DNA of 64,000 nucleotides from Vicinamibacterales bacterium (GTDB lineage Bacteria; Acidobacteriota; Vicinamibacteria; Vicinamibacterales; UBA823): NCBI GenBank assembly GCA_965197385.1, contig CBDANA010000009.1, positions 788,558 to 852,557 on the forward strand. The letters are read 5' to 3'. The notes below the pieces were generated by a model. That model ran no database searches, was not told the origin of the DNA, and saw only the letters and a list, made by a program, of their open reading frames with translations. Shown piece by piece: positions 18,851-29,101 of the stretch. Position 1 is the first letter of the stretch. Each line of letters begins with the position of its first letter. The translations under genes and the position numbers were made by a program.

Positions 18851-20506
18851 GTGCTCCTCGCCGGCGTCAACGCGTGCGGTGGGTCCGTTGATGGACCGGC
18901 CGCCGACCTGATCGTCATCAACGCGAACGTCTGGACGGTCGACCGCAACCGCCCCCGGGCGGAAGCCATCGCTATCATCGGCGACCGCATCGCTGCCGTG
19001 GGTGACGCCGCCCAGATCGACGCGTGGCGCGGCTCCGAGACGATCGTCGTCGACGCCGGAGGCCGCCTGGTCCTCCCGGGCTTCAACGACGCGCACGTGC
19101 ACCTCGTCCAGGCCGGACACCAACTCGACAGCGTGCATCTCAAGGACGCGGACTCCCCAGCGGAGTTCACCCAACGCATTGCCGACTTCGCCGCGAGCGT
19201 ACCCGCCGGCGAGTGGATTCTCGGCGGTGATTGGGACGAGCAACTGTGGACGCCACCCGACCTGCCGACGCGACAGCTCATCGACCACGTCACACCGAAC
19301 CACCCGGTCTACATCATTCGCTACGACGGCCATCAGGCGCTCGCCAACACGCGGGCACTCGAACTGGCGGGGATCACGATGTCGACCACCGATCCGCCGG
19401 GCGGCGAAATCTTGCGTGACGGCGCCGGCGCCCCGACGGGGATTCTCAAGATGGCGGCGCGCGATCTCGTGGCCGGTATCGTACCGCCGCTGAGCCCAGA
19501 ACGGCGGCGACGGGCCGCCACCCGCGCGCTCGAACAGATGGCGACCGCTGGGGTCACCAGTGCGACCGACATGGGGACGTCGGCCGATGACGCCGCCCTC
19601 TTCATGGAGCTCGAGGCCTCGGGCCGGCTGACCACCAGTCTCTACCTCGCGCCGATGGAGACCGATTGGCAAGACCAAGCCAACGTCGGCATCCGGCGTG
19701 GATTCGGCAGCGCGTTCCTCCGCCTCGGGGCGCTCAAGGGCTACGTCGATGGCTCGCTGGGATCCTCCACCGCGCTGTTCTTCGAGCCGTATCTGCACGA
19801 GCCGGAGTCGATCGGCATGCTGACCGAGGATTTCACGCCGTTCGAGGACGCCCGCACTCGCCTCCTCTCGGCGGACGACGCTGGCCTCCAGATTGCGCTC
19901 CATGCCATTGGTGATCGCGGCATCTCAATGACGCTCGACCTCTTCGAAGAGCTGGCGGTGCTGAACGGCCCGCGCGACCGCCGCCTCCGGATCGAGCACG
20001 CCCAGCACCTGGTCGAGCTGGACTTCGCACGATTCGCCGAGCTGGACGTCATCGCCTCGGTCCAGCCGTACCACGCCGTGGACGACGGACGCTGGGCAGA
20101 GGATCGCATCGGGCCGGATCGGGCGAAGACAACCTACGCCTTTCGCACCTTCCTCGACCACGGCGTCCGCCTGGCGCTCGGCACCGATTGGAACGGCGCG
20201 CCGATCGAGCCGATGCTGACGCTGTACGCCGCCGTGACGCGCGCGACGATCGACGGCCGCCACCCGGACGGCTGGGTGCCGGAGCAGAAGTTGACGCTCG
20301 ACGAAGCCATCGAGGCGTACACCCTGGGATCGGCCTACGCCGAGTTCCAGGAGCAGGACAAGGGCTCCATCGAACGCGGCAAGCTGGCTGACCTCGTCAT
20401 CCTGAGCGACGACATCTTCTCGATGCCCCTAGAGGATCTGCCGACGGTCTCCGTCGTCACGACGATCGTCGGCGGTCAGATCGTGTATTCGGCCAACACG
20501 CCGTAG
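18851..20506 (+). CDS. YtcJ-like amidohydrolase (lipoprotein)
   Basis: Motifs GFNDAHVHL, ALHAIGD and RIEHAQ; paralog of 15031-16779. The signal peptide appears split: ATG 18766/18781 (MASTRAPCTARRRTFRA) is in a different frame from TFTVWTVLLAGVNACGG. Confidence 0.8.
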   Translation: MLLAGVNACGGSVDGPAADLIVINANVWTVDRNRPRAEAIAIIGDRIAAVGDAAQIDAWRGSETIVVDAGGRLVLPGFNDAHVHLVQAGHQLDSVHLKDADSPAEFTQRIADFAASVPAGEWILGGDWDEQLWTPPDLPTRQLIDHVTPNHPVYIIRYDGHQALANTRALELAGITMSTTDPPGGEILRDGAGAPTGILKMAARDLVAGIVPPLSPERRRRAATRALEQMATAGVTSATDMGTSADDAALFMELEASGRLTTSLYLAPMETDWQDQANVGIRRGFGSAFLRLGALKGYVDGSLGSSTALFFEPYLHEPESIGMLTEDFTPFEDARTRLLSADDAGLQIALHAIGDRGISMTLDLFEELAVLNGPRDRRLRIEHAQHLVELDFARFAELDVIASVQPYHAVDDGRWAEDRIGPDRAKTTYAFRTFLDHGVRLALGTDWNGAPIEPMLTLYAAVTRATIDGRHPDGWVPEQKLTLDEAIEAYTLGSAYAEFQEQDKGSIERGKLADLVILSDDIFSMPLEDLPTVSVVTTIVGGQIVYSANTP

Positions 20507-20550
20507 CAGGCCGACGGTTTCAACCGCAACACCATCCAAAGGACCGCTAC

Positions 20551-22431
20551 ATGCGCACCCCGACCGTCGCACTCGCCCTCGTGATCACGGTTGCCGCCGT
20601 CACCACCATCGTGACGGGCCGGCCGGCCGCCGACGGCCAACGCACCCTCGATCGTCTTCGCCCGTTCGAGACCTACGGACACATCTACGACCCGGACAAC
20701 GTCGAGGCCATGCGACCGCGTGTCATGGGCACACGCGGTGTCATCGCCAGCGGGCACTACCTGGCCACCGAGGCCGGCCTCGAAGTCTTGAAGGCCGGCG
20801 GCAACGCGTTCGACGCCGGTGTCGCCGCAGCCATGACCCTCAAGGTCACGAAGATGGACTACGCCGGCTGGAACGGCGTGGCGCCACTCATTGCCTACAG
20901 CGCGGCGGATCGCGTAGTCGTCACGCGAATCGGCGCGGGCCGGACCCCGGCGGCCGCCACGCTCGAGTACTTCCTGGAGTACGGGAAGACGTCGACCAAT
21001 ACGGCGCTGATTCCAGCGGATGTCGACGTCTGGCTGGCCGCGCTGGCGCGATACGGCACCCTCAGCTTCGCCGATGCTGCGCGCGGCGCGCTCGACGCCG
21101 CCGAGCACGGCTACCACATGCACAAGATGCAGAAGTGGATACTGGACACGCGGACGCAGGACGCGCTCCGCTATCCGTATAACGCTGCCTTCTGGTTTCA
21201 GCACGGGGTGGGCCGACAGCAGGTCGGCGATCTGATGGTCAATCGCGACCTCGGGCGGCTCATCCGCTACCTGATGACGGCCGAGCGTGACGCGCTCATG
21301 AACGGTGGCACCCGCGAGGACAGCCTACGTGCGGCGCGCGACGCCTTTTATGCCGGAGCGCCGGCCCGAGCAGCCGCAGACTTCCTGGCGAAGCACGGGG
21401 GCATACTCACGTACGACGATCTCTCCACCTATGATGGCGCCTGGGTGGCGTCGCTGCACACGATATACGAAGGTTACGACATCCACGTGCCGGACGGGTG
21501 GTCCCAGGGACCACGCCTCATTCTCTTCCTGAACCTCCTCCGCCACTTCGACGTGCGTGCACTAGGCTTCAACACGCCGGACTACATCCACCTGCTGTCG
21601 CAGGTCATCGCGCTCGGCATGGCGGACAGCCACCGCTACATCGGCGACCCCGATATCGTGGACATCCCGCCTGCACTGTTCTCGAACGAGTATGCGGTCA
21701 CGCGTGCCACGCTCGTGGACATGGAACGAGCGTTCCCGGACATGCCGCCGTGGGGCGATCCGACGCGCGGTCTCGCCGTCGCCGACGAGTCACCGACCCG
21801 CTTCACGTCGACGGACGGCGCGCCTGACGCGCCGGAACCGGATCCACTCGACACATCTTCGCTGAACGTCATGGACGCCGATGGTAACCTGTTCTCGCTC
21901 ACCGAGAGCGACAGTCACATCGCCAGCCCGATGATCCCTGGCTGGGGCTTCGGCCTGGGCCGCCGGATGGCGCAGTTCAACCTGGACCCCGCGTTAGCCA
22001 ACGTGATGGCACCGGAGAAGCGGCCGAGAAACACGAACGCGCCGGTGCTGGTGATGAGGGCTGCCGAGCCCGTCATGGGACTGTCCACGCCGGGCGCCGA
22101 TCAGCAGCTGCAGGCAATCCTGCAAGTCCTGCTCAACGTGATCGTCTGGGACATGTCGCCCGAACACGCGCTGGATCAACCCCGGTTCGGCAGCCAGAAC
22201 TTTCCGACCACCGGCTCCGAGGTGAACCGGACGCCCGCACGGCTGAATCTGGAAGGTCGGATCCCGGATGCCACGGCCGACGCCCTACGTGCCCGCGGCC
22301 ATGACGTGCGGTCCTGGGGTCTGTGGAGCTACCTCACCGGCGCCGTCACGGTGACCTACCGCGCGCCCGGCGACGCGACGATGATCGCCGCCGGTGACGT
22401 CCGCCGCGAGACGGTCGCGCTCGGATACTGA
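20551..22431 (+). CDS. gamma-glutamyltransferase-family Ntn hydrolase
   Basis: Signal peptide, GVIASGHYLATEAG, and an autoprocessing-region-like DTSSLNVMDADGNLFSLTES. Confidence 0.8.
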   Translation: MRTPTVALALVITVAAVTTIVTGRPAADGQRTLDRLRPFETYGHIYDPDNVEAMRPRVMGTRGVIASGHYLATEAGLEVLKAGGNAFDAGVAAAMTLKVTKMDYAGWNGVAPLIAYSAADRVVVTRIGAGRTPAAATLEYFLEYGKTSTNTALIPADVDVWLAALARYGTLSFADAARGALDAAEHGYHMHKMQKWILDTRTQDALRYPYNAAFWFQHGVGRQQVGDLMVNRDLGRLIRYLMTAERDALMNGGTREDSLRAARDAFYAGAPARAAADFLAKHGGILTYDDLSTYDGAWVASLHTIYEGYDIHVPDGWSQGPRLILFLNLLRHFDVRALGFNTPDYIHLLSQVIALGMADSHRYIGDPDIVDIPPALFSNEYAVTRATLVDMERAFPDMPPWGDPTRGLAVADESPTRFTSTDGAPDAPEPDPLDTSSLNVMDADGNLFSLTESDSHIASPMIPGWGFGLGRRMAQFNLDPALANVMAPEKRPRNTNAPVLVMRAAEPVMGLSTPGADQQLQAILQVLLNVIVWDMSPEHALDQPRFGSQNFPTTGSEVNRTPARLNLEGRIPDATADALRARGHDVRSWGLWSYLTGAVTVTYRAPGDATMIAAGDVRRETVALGY

Positions 22432-22453
22432 CGCAACCTGCTAGGACAGGATA

Positions 22454-23875
22454 CTACGTGGATTTGCGTTTTCTCACCCGCCGGGGCGCCCGCTGCCGCA
22501 ACGTCGGACGAGCCAGGTGGGTGATTAGGTCGATCTTCGTCACGACACCCACGAGGTCGTCGCCGTCCAGGACGATCGCCATCCGTGTGTCCGCCAGCAG
22601 GGTCTGCACCAGCTCAACCCGGGTGTGCGGCGACACCGTCGCATAGTCGCTCTCCACCAGAGCGTCGATCCGCGTGTCCAGCAAGTGCTCGCCCGCCGCC
22701 AGGTGACGCAGCAGATCGACCTCCGCGACGGCACCCAGCAGCTTGCCGCGCGACAGCACCGGCAACTGTGAAATCCCGCGCGCCTTCATCTTCGCGATCA
22801 CGTCGCGGACGCGATCGCTGGCCTTGGCGGTGATCACCTTCGCGTGGCGGGACGCGAGCAAGTCGGCGACCGTCCCCAACCCCCATTCGTCATCGAGGAA
22901 GCCGTTCTCTCGAAGCCATTCGTCGTTGAACACCTTCGACAGGTACTTCGCGGCGCCGTCAGGCAGCAGCACGACGATGTTCTGTCGCTTCCGGCTCTGC
23001 CTGGCGAGCTTGATCGCGCCCGCCACCGCCGCGCCGGACGAGCCGCCGGCATACAAGCCCTCGTGTCGCACCAGGTCGCGCGCCATCAGAAAACATTCCT
23101 TGTCGTCGACTCGCACGATGTCGTCAATCCATTTGGGATCGAACGTCGACGGAAAGAAATCCTCGCCGATGCCCTCCACCTTGTAGGTGAACGCCTTCGT
23201 CACCCGCTGGCTCTTGACGTAGTCGTGTTACAGCGATCCCACCGGGTCGACGCCGACCAGCTGCACGGACGGCTTCCGGTTCTTGAGGTGCCGGCCCGTA
23301 CCGGCCATCGTCCCGCCGGTCCCCATGCCAGCCACAAACACGTCGATCTTGCCCTCCGTCTGCTCCCAAATTTCCGGACCAGTGGATCGATAGTGTCCGT
23401 CCGGATTGTCCTGGTTATGATAATTGGTTGCATAGAACGAGTTGGGCATTTCGACATGCAGCTTCTGGGCCACGGAATAGTAGCTCCGGGGATCCTCAGG
23501 CTCCACCGCGGTTGGACACACGACGACCCGAGCGCCAAACGCCTTGAGCGAGGCGATCTTCTCGTTCGACATCTTGTCCGGCATGACGAACACGCACTGA
23601 TAGCCGCGCACGGCGGCAATCATCGCCAGTCCCGCGCCCGTGTTGCCGCTCGTCGCCTCGATGATCGTCCCGCCGGCCCTCAGCTCGCCCCGCGCTTCGG
23701 CCTGATTGACCATGTGGAGGGTCATGCGATCCTTCATCGAGCTGCCTGGATTTATGTACTCGCACTTGACATAAATCGTCGCGGCCACCCCCCGTGCGAC
23801 GCGGTTGAGCTTTACGAGCGGGGTGTGGCCGATGGCCTCGAGGATCGTCGAACACGCCTTGGCAAGCATGCGCAC
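22454..23875 (-). pseudogene. cystathionine beta-synthase (PLP domain plus CBS pair) with an in-frame TAA
   Basis: ORFs 23228..23875 (PLP fold: NPGSSMKDR, SGNTG) and 22454..23203 (EGIGEDF, tandem CBS domains) share a frame: ...GVDPVGSL-TAA-HDYVKSQRVTKAFTYKVEGIGEDF. Confidence 0.8.
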
Positions 23876-23963
23876 CTCCTGGATGACGCGGTTCCGTCAG
23901 ACCGCGCACCGATCATACCGTGCGCCCGCCGGCGATGTATCATCCCGATGGCAAGGGTTCGCG

Positions 23964-25266
23964 CTAGCAGGCTACTGAAAAAGTCCATGGAATGGGATCG
24001 ACAGATCGATCCCGGCGTACTCCCATGCTCCCAATATTGCTGAAGGGAGCCACCTCATGCGCGGACACGATGAGCAGACCCATCACATGTTCAGTTACCG
24101 GTCGCCGGAACAGCGCGTGCCGGCCGATCCTCCGCTCCGCGCGGTCCGCGCGCTGACGGATCACGCGCTGAAGACGATGTCGCGCAGGTTCGCCGGCCTG
24201 TACGCCAAGACGGGACGTCCGTCGATCCCGCCTGAGCCATTGTTGCGGGCCCTGTTGCTGCAGGTGCTGTACACGATCCGGAGCGAACGGCTGCTGCTGG
24301 AAGAGCTCAACGACAACCTGCTGTTCCGCTGGTTCGTCGGCTTGCATATGGACGACCCGGTCTGGCATCCCACGACGTTTACCAAGAATCGTGACCGGCT
24401 GCTGGCGGGGGATGGCGCGGCCGCCTTCGTTGATGCGGTCCAGGCCCACGCCCGGGCGGCCGGTCTGCTCTCGGACGAGCATTTCACGGTGGACGGGACG
24501 CAGTTGGAAGCCTGGGCCAGCCTGAAGAGCTTCCGATGCCGGGACGCCGCGCCGCGCGCGCCCCCCGATGACCCCGGGAATCCCACGGTCGACTTCCACG
24601 GCGAGCGGCGGCGCAACGACACGCACCAGTCGACGACTGATCCGGCGGCGATGCTGCATCGGAAGGGCCAAGGGAAGGAGGCGAAGCTGGCGTCTCTGGG
24701 CCACGTGCTGTTGGATAATCGGCAGGGGCTCGTCGCCAACGTCTGTGCGACCCACGCGACGGGGACCGCCGAACGCGAGGCGGCGGCACTGTTGCTGGAG
24801 GCCAGCGCGCCGCCGGGCAGCACGGTCGGAGCAGACAAGGGCTACGATGTGGCGAGCTTCGTCGCCGATGTCCGCGTCCGGGACGTCACGCCCCACGTGG
24901 CGCAGAAGGTCCGCTGGCGGGCGATTGATGGTCGGCCCACCCGGCATGCGGGTTCTCACGTGAGTCAGCGGAAACGAAAACTCGTGGAACAGGTCTTTGG
25001 GTGGAGGCAGACCGTCGGTGGTTTGCGCAAGCTCCGGCCTCGCGGCGTCCCACTCGTCGAGTGGCAGCTCACTTTCGCCGCCACGGCCTATAACTTGGTC
25101 CGCCTGCGGAATCTGGAGGCGACGTGTCCCTGCTCGCCGGCCGCGCGTGTCGCCGGCCCCCTCATCGGGGTCAGCGCACACCCGTGCGCACGGTCGTCGG
25201 GCGGTCGTCACCCGCATGATGCTTAAGAAAACAGCCCGATACCCGGGTTCTTCAGCAGCCTGCTAG
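23964..25266 (+). mobile_element. IS5-family insertion sequence, copy 1 (CTAG at both ends)
   Basis: 1.3 kb. IRs are CTAGCAGGCTACTGAAAAAGTCC and GGGTTCTTCAGCAGCCTGCTAG. Near-identical inverted copy at 49049-50351. Confidence 0.9.
24057..25226 (+). CDS. IS5-family DDE transposase
   Basis: 389 aa. N-terminal DUF772-like [43 protein letters not shown] and a DDE region (VDGTQLEA..., GADKGYD). Confidence 0.9.
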   Translation: MRGHDEQTHHMFSYRSPEQRVPADPPLRAVRALTDHALKTMSRRFAGLYAKTGRPSIPPEPLLRALLLQVLYTIRSERLLLEELNDNLLFRWFVGLHMDDPVWHPTTFTKNRDRLLAGDGAAAFVDAVQAHARAAGLLSDEHFTVDGTQLEAWASLKSFRCRDAAPRAPPDDPGNPTVDFHGERRRNDTHQSTTDPAAMLHRKGQGKEAKLASLGHVLLDNRQGLVANVCATHATGTAEREAAALLLEASAPPGSTVGADKGYDVASFVADVRVRDVTPHVAQKVRWRAIDGRPTRHAGSHVSQRKRKLVEQVFGWRQTVGGLRKLRPRGVPLVEWQLTFAATAYNLVRLRNLEATCPCSPAARVAGPLIGVSAHPCARSSGGRHPHDA

Positions 25267-25367
25267 CGCAGGTCATCGACGACTGGTCCGGCCACGCCTA
25301 CTGCGTCCTGTTCCGACGTCCCGTGACTCCCTGATGGAGTCCATGAGGCCGCCGCGGAGGTGACCGT

Positions 25368-26186
25368 ATGACGACTCGTAACCCTCAACCGACCCCACGT
25401 TTCGATCTGGGAAGCCAACCGGCCGTCAGCCGCCGGGCGTTTCTCAGCCTCGGGGCGGCGTTGACCGGCCCGACGGCACTCACCGCTCGCCGTCGGCCTG
25501 GCGCTGCGCCCGTGCCCAGTGCCGCGCTGCCCGACAGGCAGCCGGATTCTTCCGAGCAGCTTCGCGGTGTGCCGGCCACGCTGCTGTGCGATGCCTTGAC
25601 AAGGCTCGGCTTCGATCGGACGCGCTTCACGCTCTCACGGGAGATCCGCCCCACCGTGCGCACGCCGGGCACGATGATGGGCCCGGCGGTCACGACGAAA
25701 TACGAAACGGGGGCCGACGGAACGCTCGACGACATTCGCCGGTTCGTGTTCGATCCGGTGGACGCGGCGGGACCCGGGGCGGTCTGGGTCATCGAGAGCG
25801 GCACCGACGACGTCGTGAGCATGCTGGGCGAGCTGATCGCGGTGGCCTGCCGTCGGACCGGCCTGGCCGGAATCGTCACCGACGGCGGGTGCCGGGACAT
25901 TGACGCGATTGCCGCCATCGGCCTGCCGCTGTTCTCGAAGGGAACGGTCCTCTACGGTCCGGGCTCAATCATCCGCCCGGTCGCGGCCGACGTGCCGGTG
26001 AGATGCGGTGGCGTGGAGGTGCGGCCGGGGGACCTCGTGGCCGCGGATGCCGATGGCGCGCTCGTCGTGCCTCGCGAGGCGGTCGGCGACGTGGCGACGC
26101 TGGTCGCCGAGCTGCGGGCTAAGGAGGATCGGACGCGAGCGGCGCTCGCCCGCGGCGATACGCTACGAGACGCGTACGTGTTCTAG
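25368..26186 (+). CDS. RraA-family (RraA / HMG-aldolase-like) protein with an N-terminal Tat-type signal
   Basis: SRRAFLSLGAALTG twin-arginine signal followed by an RraA-like core (GELIAVACRRTGLAGIVTDGGCRD, VRPGDLVAADADGALVVP). Confidence 0.65.
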   Translation: MTTRNPQPTPRFDLGSQPAVSRRAFLSLGAALTGPTALTARRRPGAAPVPSAALPDRQPDSSEQLRGVPATLLCDALTRLGFDRTRFTLSREIRPTVRTPGTMMGPAVTTKYETGADGTLDDIRRFVFDPVDAAGPGAVWVIESGTDDVVSMLGELIAVACRRTGLAGIVTDGGCRDIDAIAAIGLPLFSKGTVLYGPGSIIRPVAADVPVRCGGVEVRPGDLVAADADGALVVPREAVGDVATLVAELRAKEDRTRAALARGDTLRDAYVF

Positions 26187-26222
26187 TGTCCGGTGGTGAA
26201 GGTCTCGACACATCGAGGGCTA
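26183..26222. repeat. solo/short copy of the CTAG repeat head between convergent genes
   Basis: CTAGTGTCCGGTGGTGAAGGTCTCGACACATCGAGGGCTA. Its two ends coincide with the TAG stops of the RraA-like gene (+) and the SSF gene (-). Confidence 0.4.
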
Positions 26223-27749
26223 CCAGAAGAACGCGTACAGCATTGCGGTCGCCGCCAGAATGGCGACCCCCAGCGCGGGACCTAAGGGATCGGGCGTCAG
26301 GTCGATCTGCGGCGTCCCTAGCCCCAGCCGCCAGGCAACGGCCAGGGGTTGCACCGCCGTCACGCAGCCCATCAGCACGACCAGGGTGACGATCGTGATC
26401 GCCATGTGGTTCAGGAACGCCACCTGCGGCAGCGACCACAGCAGGATCCCGTAGAGCGGCAGCCCCGCCACCAGCGCCGCCGTGGCCGCGGCGGCAGGCG
26501 CCCGCCGCACCACCAGGCTCACCAGGAAGACTGCGACGACCCCCGGCGAGATGAAGCCCCACACCAGCTGGATGTACTGAAACACACCCCCGAAGCGACG
26601 GGGCAACGGGGCGAGCAGGCAGCCGAGGACGACCAGCACAGCGGTCGTCACGCGGCCCACCCGCACGAGATCCGCGGGCTGCGCGTTCGGCCGCAACCAT
26701 CGCTTGACGACGTCCATCGTGAAGACCGTCGACGCCGAATTCAACATCGAATCCAGGCTGCTCATCACGGCGCCGAACAGCGCGGCGAACAGCACGCCAC
26801 GCAGTCCGGCTGGCAGGAGTCGGCTGATCAGCACCGGATACGCCTGATCGCCGTGCTCGATCTCGGCGCCGAACAACTGGAACGCCACGATGCCAGGAAC
26901 CACGACGATAAACGGGACCACCAGTTTCAGGCTGGCCGCGAACAGAATGCCGCGCTGTCCATCGGCCAGTGTCCGCGCCGCCAGCGTCCGCTGAGTGATG
27001 AACTGATTGAATCCCCAATAGAACACGTTCGGAATCTAGATGCCGAGCAGCAACGCGGTCCAGGGCAGGTCGGGATGGTCGGCAGGCAACACCAGGTGCA
27101 GCTTCGCCTCGTTTGCCGAAAGAAACGCCCTCAGCCCCCCCACGTGCCCGAGGCCCACGACGGCGACGATGGCGCCCCCCACGAGCAGCGCCGTCCCCTG
27201 GAGCAGATCCGACCAGACGACCGCCTTCAGACCCCCGTAGACGGTGTACGCCCCGGCCAGCGCCCCGATCAGCCAGATCCCGGCCACAACGTCGAGGCCG
27301 AAGATCGCTTCCAGGCCAATCGCGCCGGAGTACAGCACGGCCGCAATGGCCACGCCGACGTGCGCCGCCAGCATGTACCCCGCCATGATCGTTCGCGGTA
27401 CCGGCCCATACCGATGCTCGAGAAATTCCGGCATCGTATAGATGCCGACGCGAAGAAACTGAGGCAGCAGCACCAGCGCAACGAACACCAGCGTCACGGC
27501 CGCGACCCACTCGTAGCTCGCGACGGCGAGACCGGCCTGGCCGAATCCGGAACCCGCCATACCGACGAAATGTTCGGTCGAGATATTCGAGGCAATCAGC
27601 GAGATCCCGATGAGCGGCCAGGTCAACCCGCGGCCGGCCAGGAAGTAGTCTTCATCGGTTCGTTCGTGTCGGGAGGCATACAGGGACACCCCGATCACCG
27701 CAGCCAGAAAGAGCACGAATGACACGCCGTCCCACAGCGTCCACGTCAT
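26220..27749 (-). pseudogene. sodium:solute symporter (SSF) with an in-frame TAG
   Basis: ORFs 27036..27749 and 26220..27026 share a frame: ...LPWTALLLGI-TAG-IPNVFYWGFNQFITQRTLAA. Polytopic membrane protein with SSF signature regions. Confidence 0.8.
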
Positions 27750-27759
27750 CGGGGCGTCC

Positions 27760-29067
27760 TCACGCCCTGGCCGGGGCCGTGGCGCGCCAGCACGGCGTCA
27801 CGAGCCAGGCGTTCGTCAGCAACCGGCCGATCACCAGCGCCACCGCCGCGCTCATGACACCGACCGCATCGAACGTGTGAATACCGATCCAGAGGATCGC
27901 GACAATCGTGGCCAACTCCGCGCTCGACGCCCAGGTGATGGCCGCGGGGCGTCGGCTCGTCACCAGGATGGACCGCTGGAATGAGAGCCAGACCGACAGC
28001 GCCGGAAGCGGCAGCATGATCTGGAGCGGCGGCACGGCGAACGCCGTCAAGGCGGCCGACAATCCCGAGACGCCTTGAAACCACACGACCGCAAGCGGGC
28101 TATAGGCGATCAGCCCCAGGCCAACCGATGTGGCGACCGCCAGCACGATGGCAAAGGTTCGCAGCGGTCGGTACTGCTCCATCCCGGGCCCGAGCAACAC
28201 GATGGCCGCCTCTTGAAACGACAGGCCGAGGCATCGGAAGACGAACGCCAGTCCGGTGATGACCGGCAGCACCGCCAGCGACTCGACGGCCATCCGGCTC
28301 TGGCCCATGAAGAACGTGACGAGCGGTTGGATTCCCATCGCCAGTATCGACGTGAGGGCGAGCGGCACGTAGAACGTGGCCGTCTGCCGCATCGTCAGGC
28401 GCCGCCGTGGCGGCCCCGGCCCGTCGTCCAGCGCCCGCACGGCGCGACGCGCCATCCGTCCGGCAGCTAGCGCCTCGGCCACGACGCCGGCCGACAACGC
28501 GATCGCTCCGATGTGGGCCCCGTGCAGGGAGGTGACGGCGGCCAGGCCGGCCCCCGTTCCTGCCATAGCCGTCAGGCGCAGCGTCGTGCCGTACGCCACG
28601 CGACCCGTGAGCCCATGCCGAATCAGCAGTCCCTGCTTGAAGCGCCGATACCCGATGGCCGCCGGCCACGGCAGCAGCCAGACGAGCGCGCCGTGGGTCA
28701 GTTCCCGAACCTCCGCCGGGAGGGCCAGCAGGCCGCTCAGGCCGTCGAAGACCGGCGGCAGCACGACGATGCCCATGAGCACGGTCATCCCGGCGCTGAG
28801 ACCGTAGCCGAAGCGACGGAGCGTCAGGTAACTGGCCCGATCCTCCACCAGCGCCAACGCCGCGCTCAGCAACATGACGACAGGGGATTCCAGAATGAGG
28901 CCGAACGCAAACGCCACTCCGTAGGCGGCCAGGTTCTCGCGCGCGTCCGGCAGGCGAGCGATGATCGCGGCAATCAGCGGCCCCTCGACCGCCATCATCA
29001 ACCACGTGCCGGCAAGCGGAATCCAGAACCGGACAATGGCGGGAACGGTGAGCGGCGCTCGAGGCAT
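27760..29067 (-). CDS. polytopic membrane protein, MOP/MATE-superfamily-like
   Basis: 435 aa with about 12 predicted TM helices. Only a weak family call from overall architecture. Confidence 0.45.
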   Translation of the reverse strand: MPRAPLTVPAIVRFWIPLAGTWLMMAVEGPLIAAIIARLPDARENLAAYGVAFAFGLILESPVVMLLSAALALVEDRASYLTLRRFGYGLSAGMTVLMGIVVLPPVFDGLSGLLALPAEVRELTHGALVWLLPWPAAIGYRRFKQGLLIRHGLTGRVAYGTTLRLTAMAGTGAGLAAVTSLHGAHIGAIALSAGVVAEALAAGRMARRAVRALDDGPGPPRRRLTMRQTATFYVPLALTSILAMGIQPLVTFFMGQSRMAVESLAVLPVITGLAFVFRCLGLSFQEAAIVLLGPGMEQYRPLRTFAIVLAVATSVGLGLIAYSPLAVVWFQGVSGLSAALTAFAVPPLQIMLPLPALSVWLSFQRSILVTSRRPAAITWASSAELATIVAILWIGIHTFDAVGVMSAAVALVIGRLLTNAWLVTPCWRATAPARA

Positions 29068-29101
29068 CTCTGGCAGTGTCTGGGTCTGTTATGATCGGCG
29101 C

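Noticed and set aside
20501-20525. TAGCAGGCCGACGG just after the amidohydrolase stop. It resembles the IS5 IR head (TAGCAGGC) and the sequence at the 45923 junction (TAGCAGGACGACGG).
   Set aside because: Only 8-14 nt of similarity. At 45923 the matching bases are genuine GGDEF coding sequence, so the resemblance is probably coincidental.
23964-25217. The 417-aa ORF antisense to the IS5 transposase, also present at 49098..50351.
   Set aside because: It is duplicated only because the IS is duplicated. Its composition is Arg/Pro-rich with no motifs, while the sense-strand DDE transposase is clearly the real gene.
16312-27038. Idea that the three in-frame TAG codons reflect amber reassignment (e.g. 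pyrrolysine) or a dedicated suppressor system.
   Set aside because: TAG terminates at least 8 otherwise intact genes in this window (e.g. 3890, 7538, 20504, 26184, 50348). TAA and TGA in-frame stops and frameshifts occur alongside. No pyl-like genes or suppressor tRNA are visible. It is kept only as the least likely alternative in the global finding.
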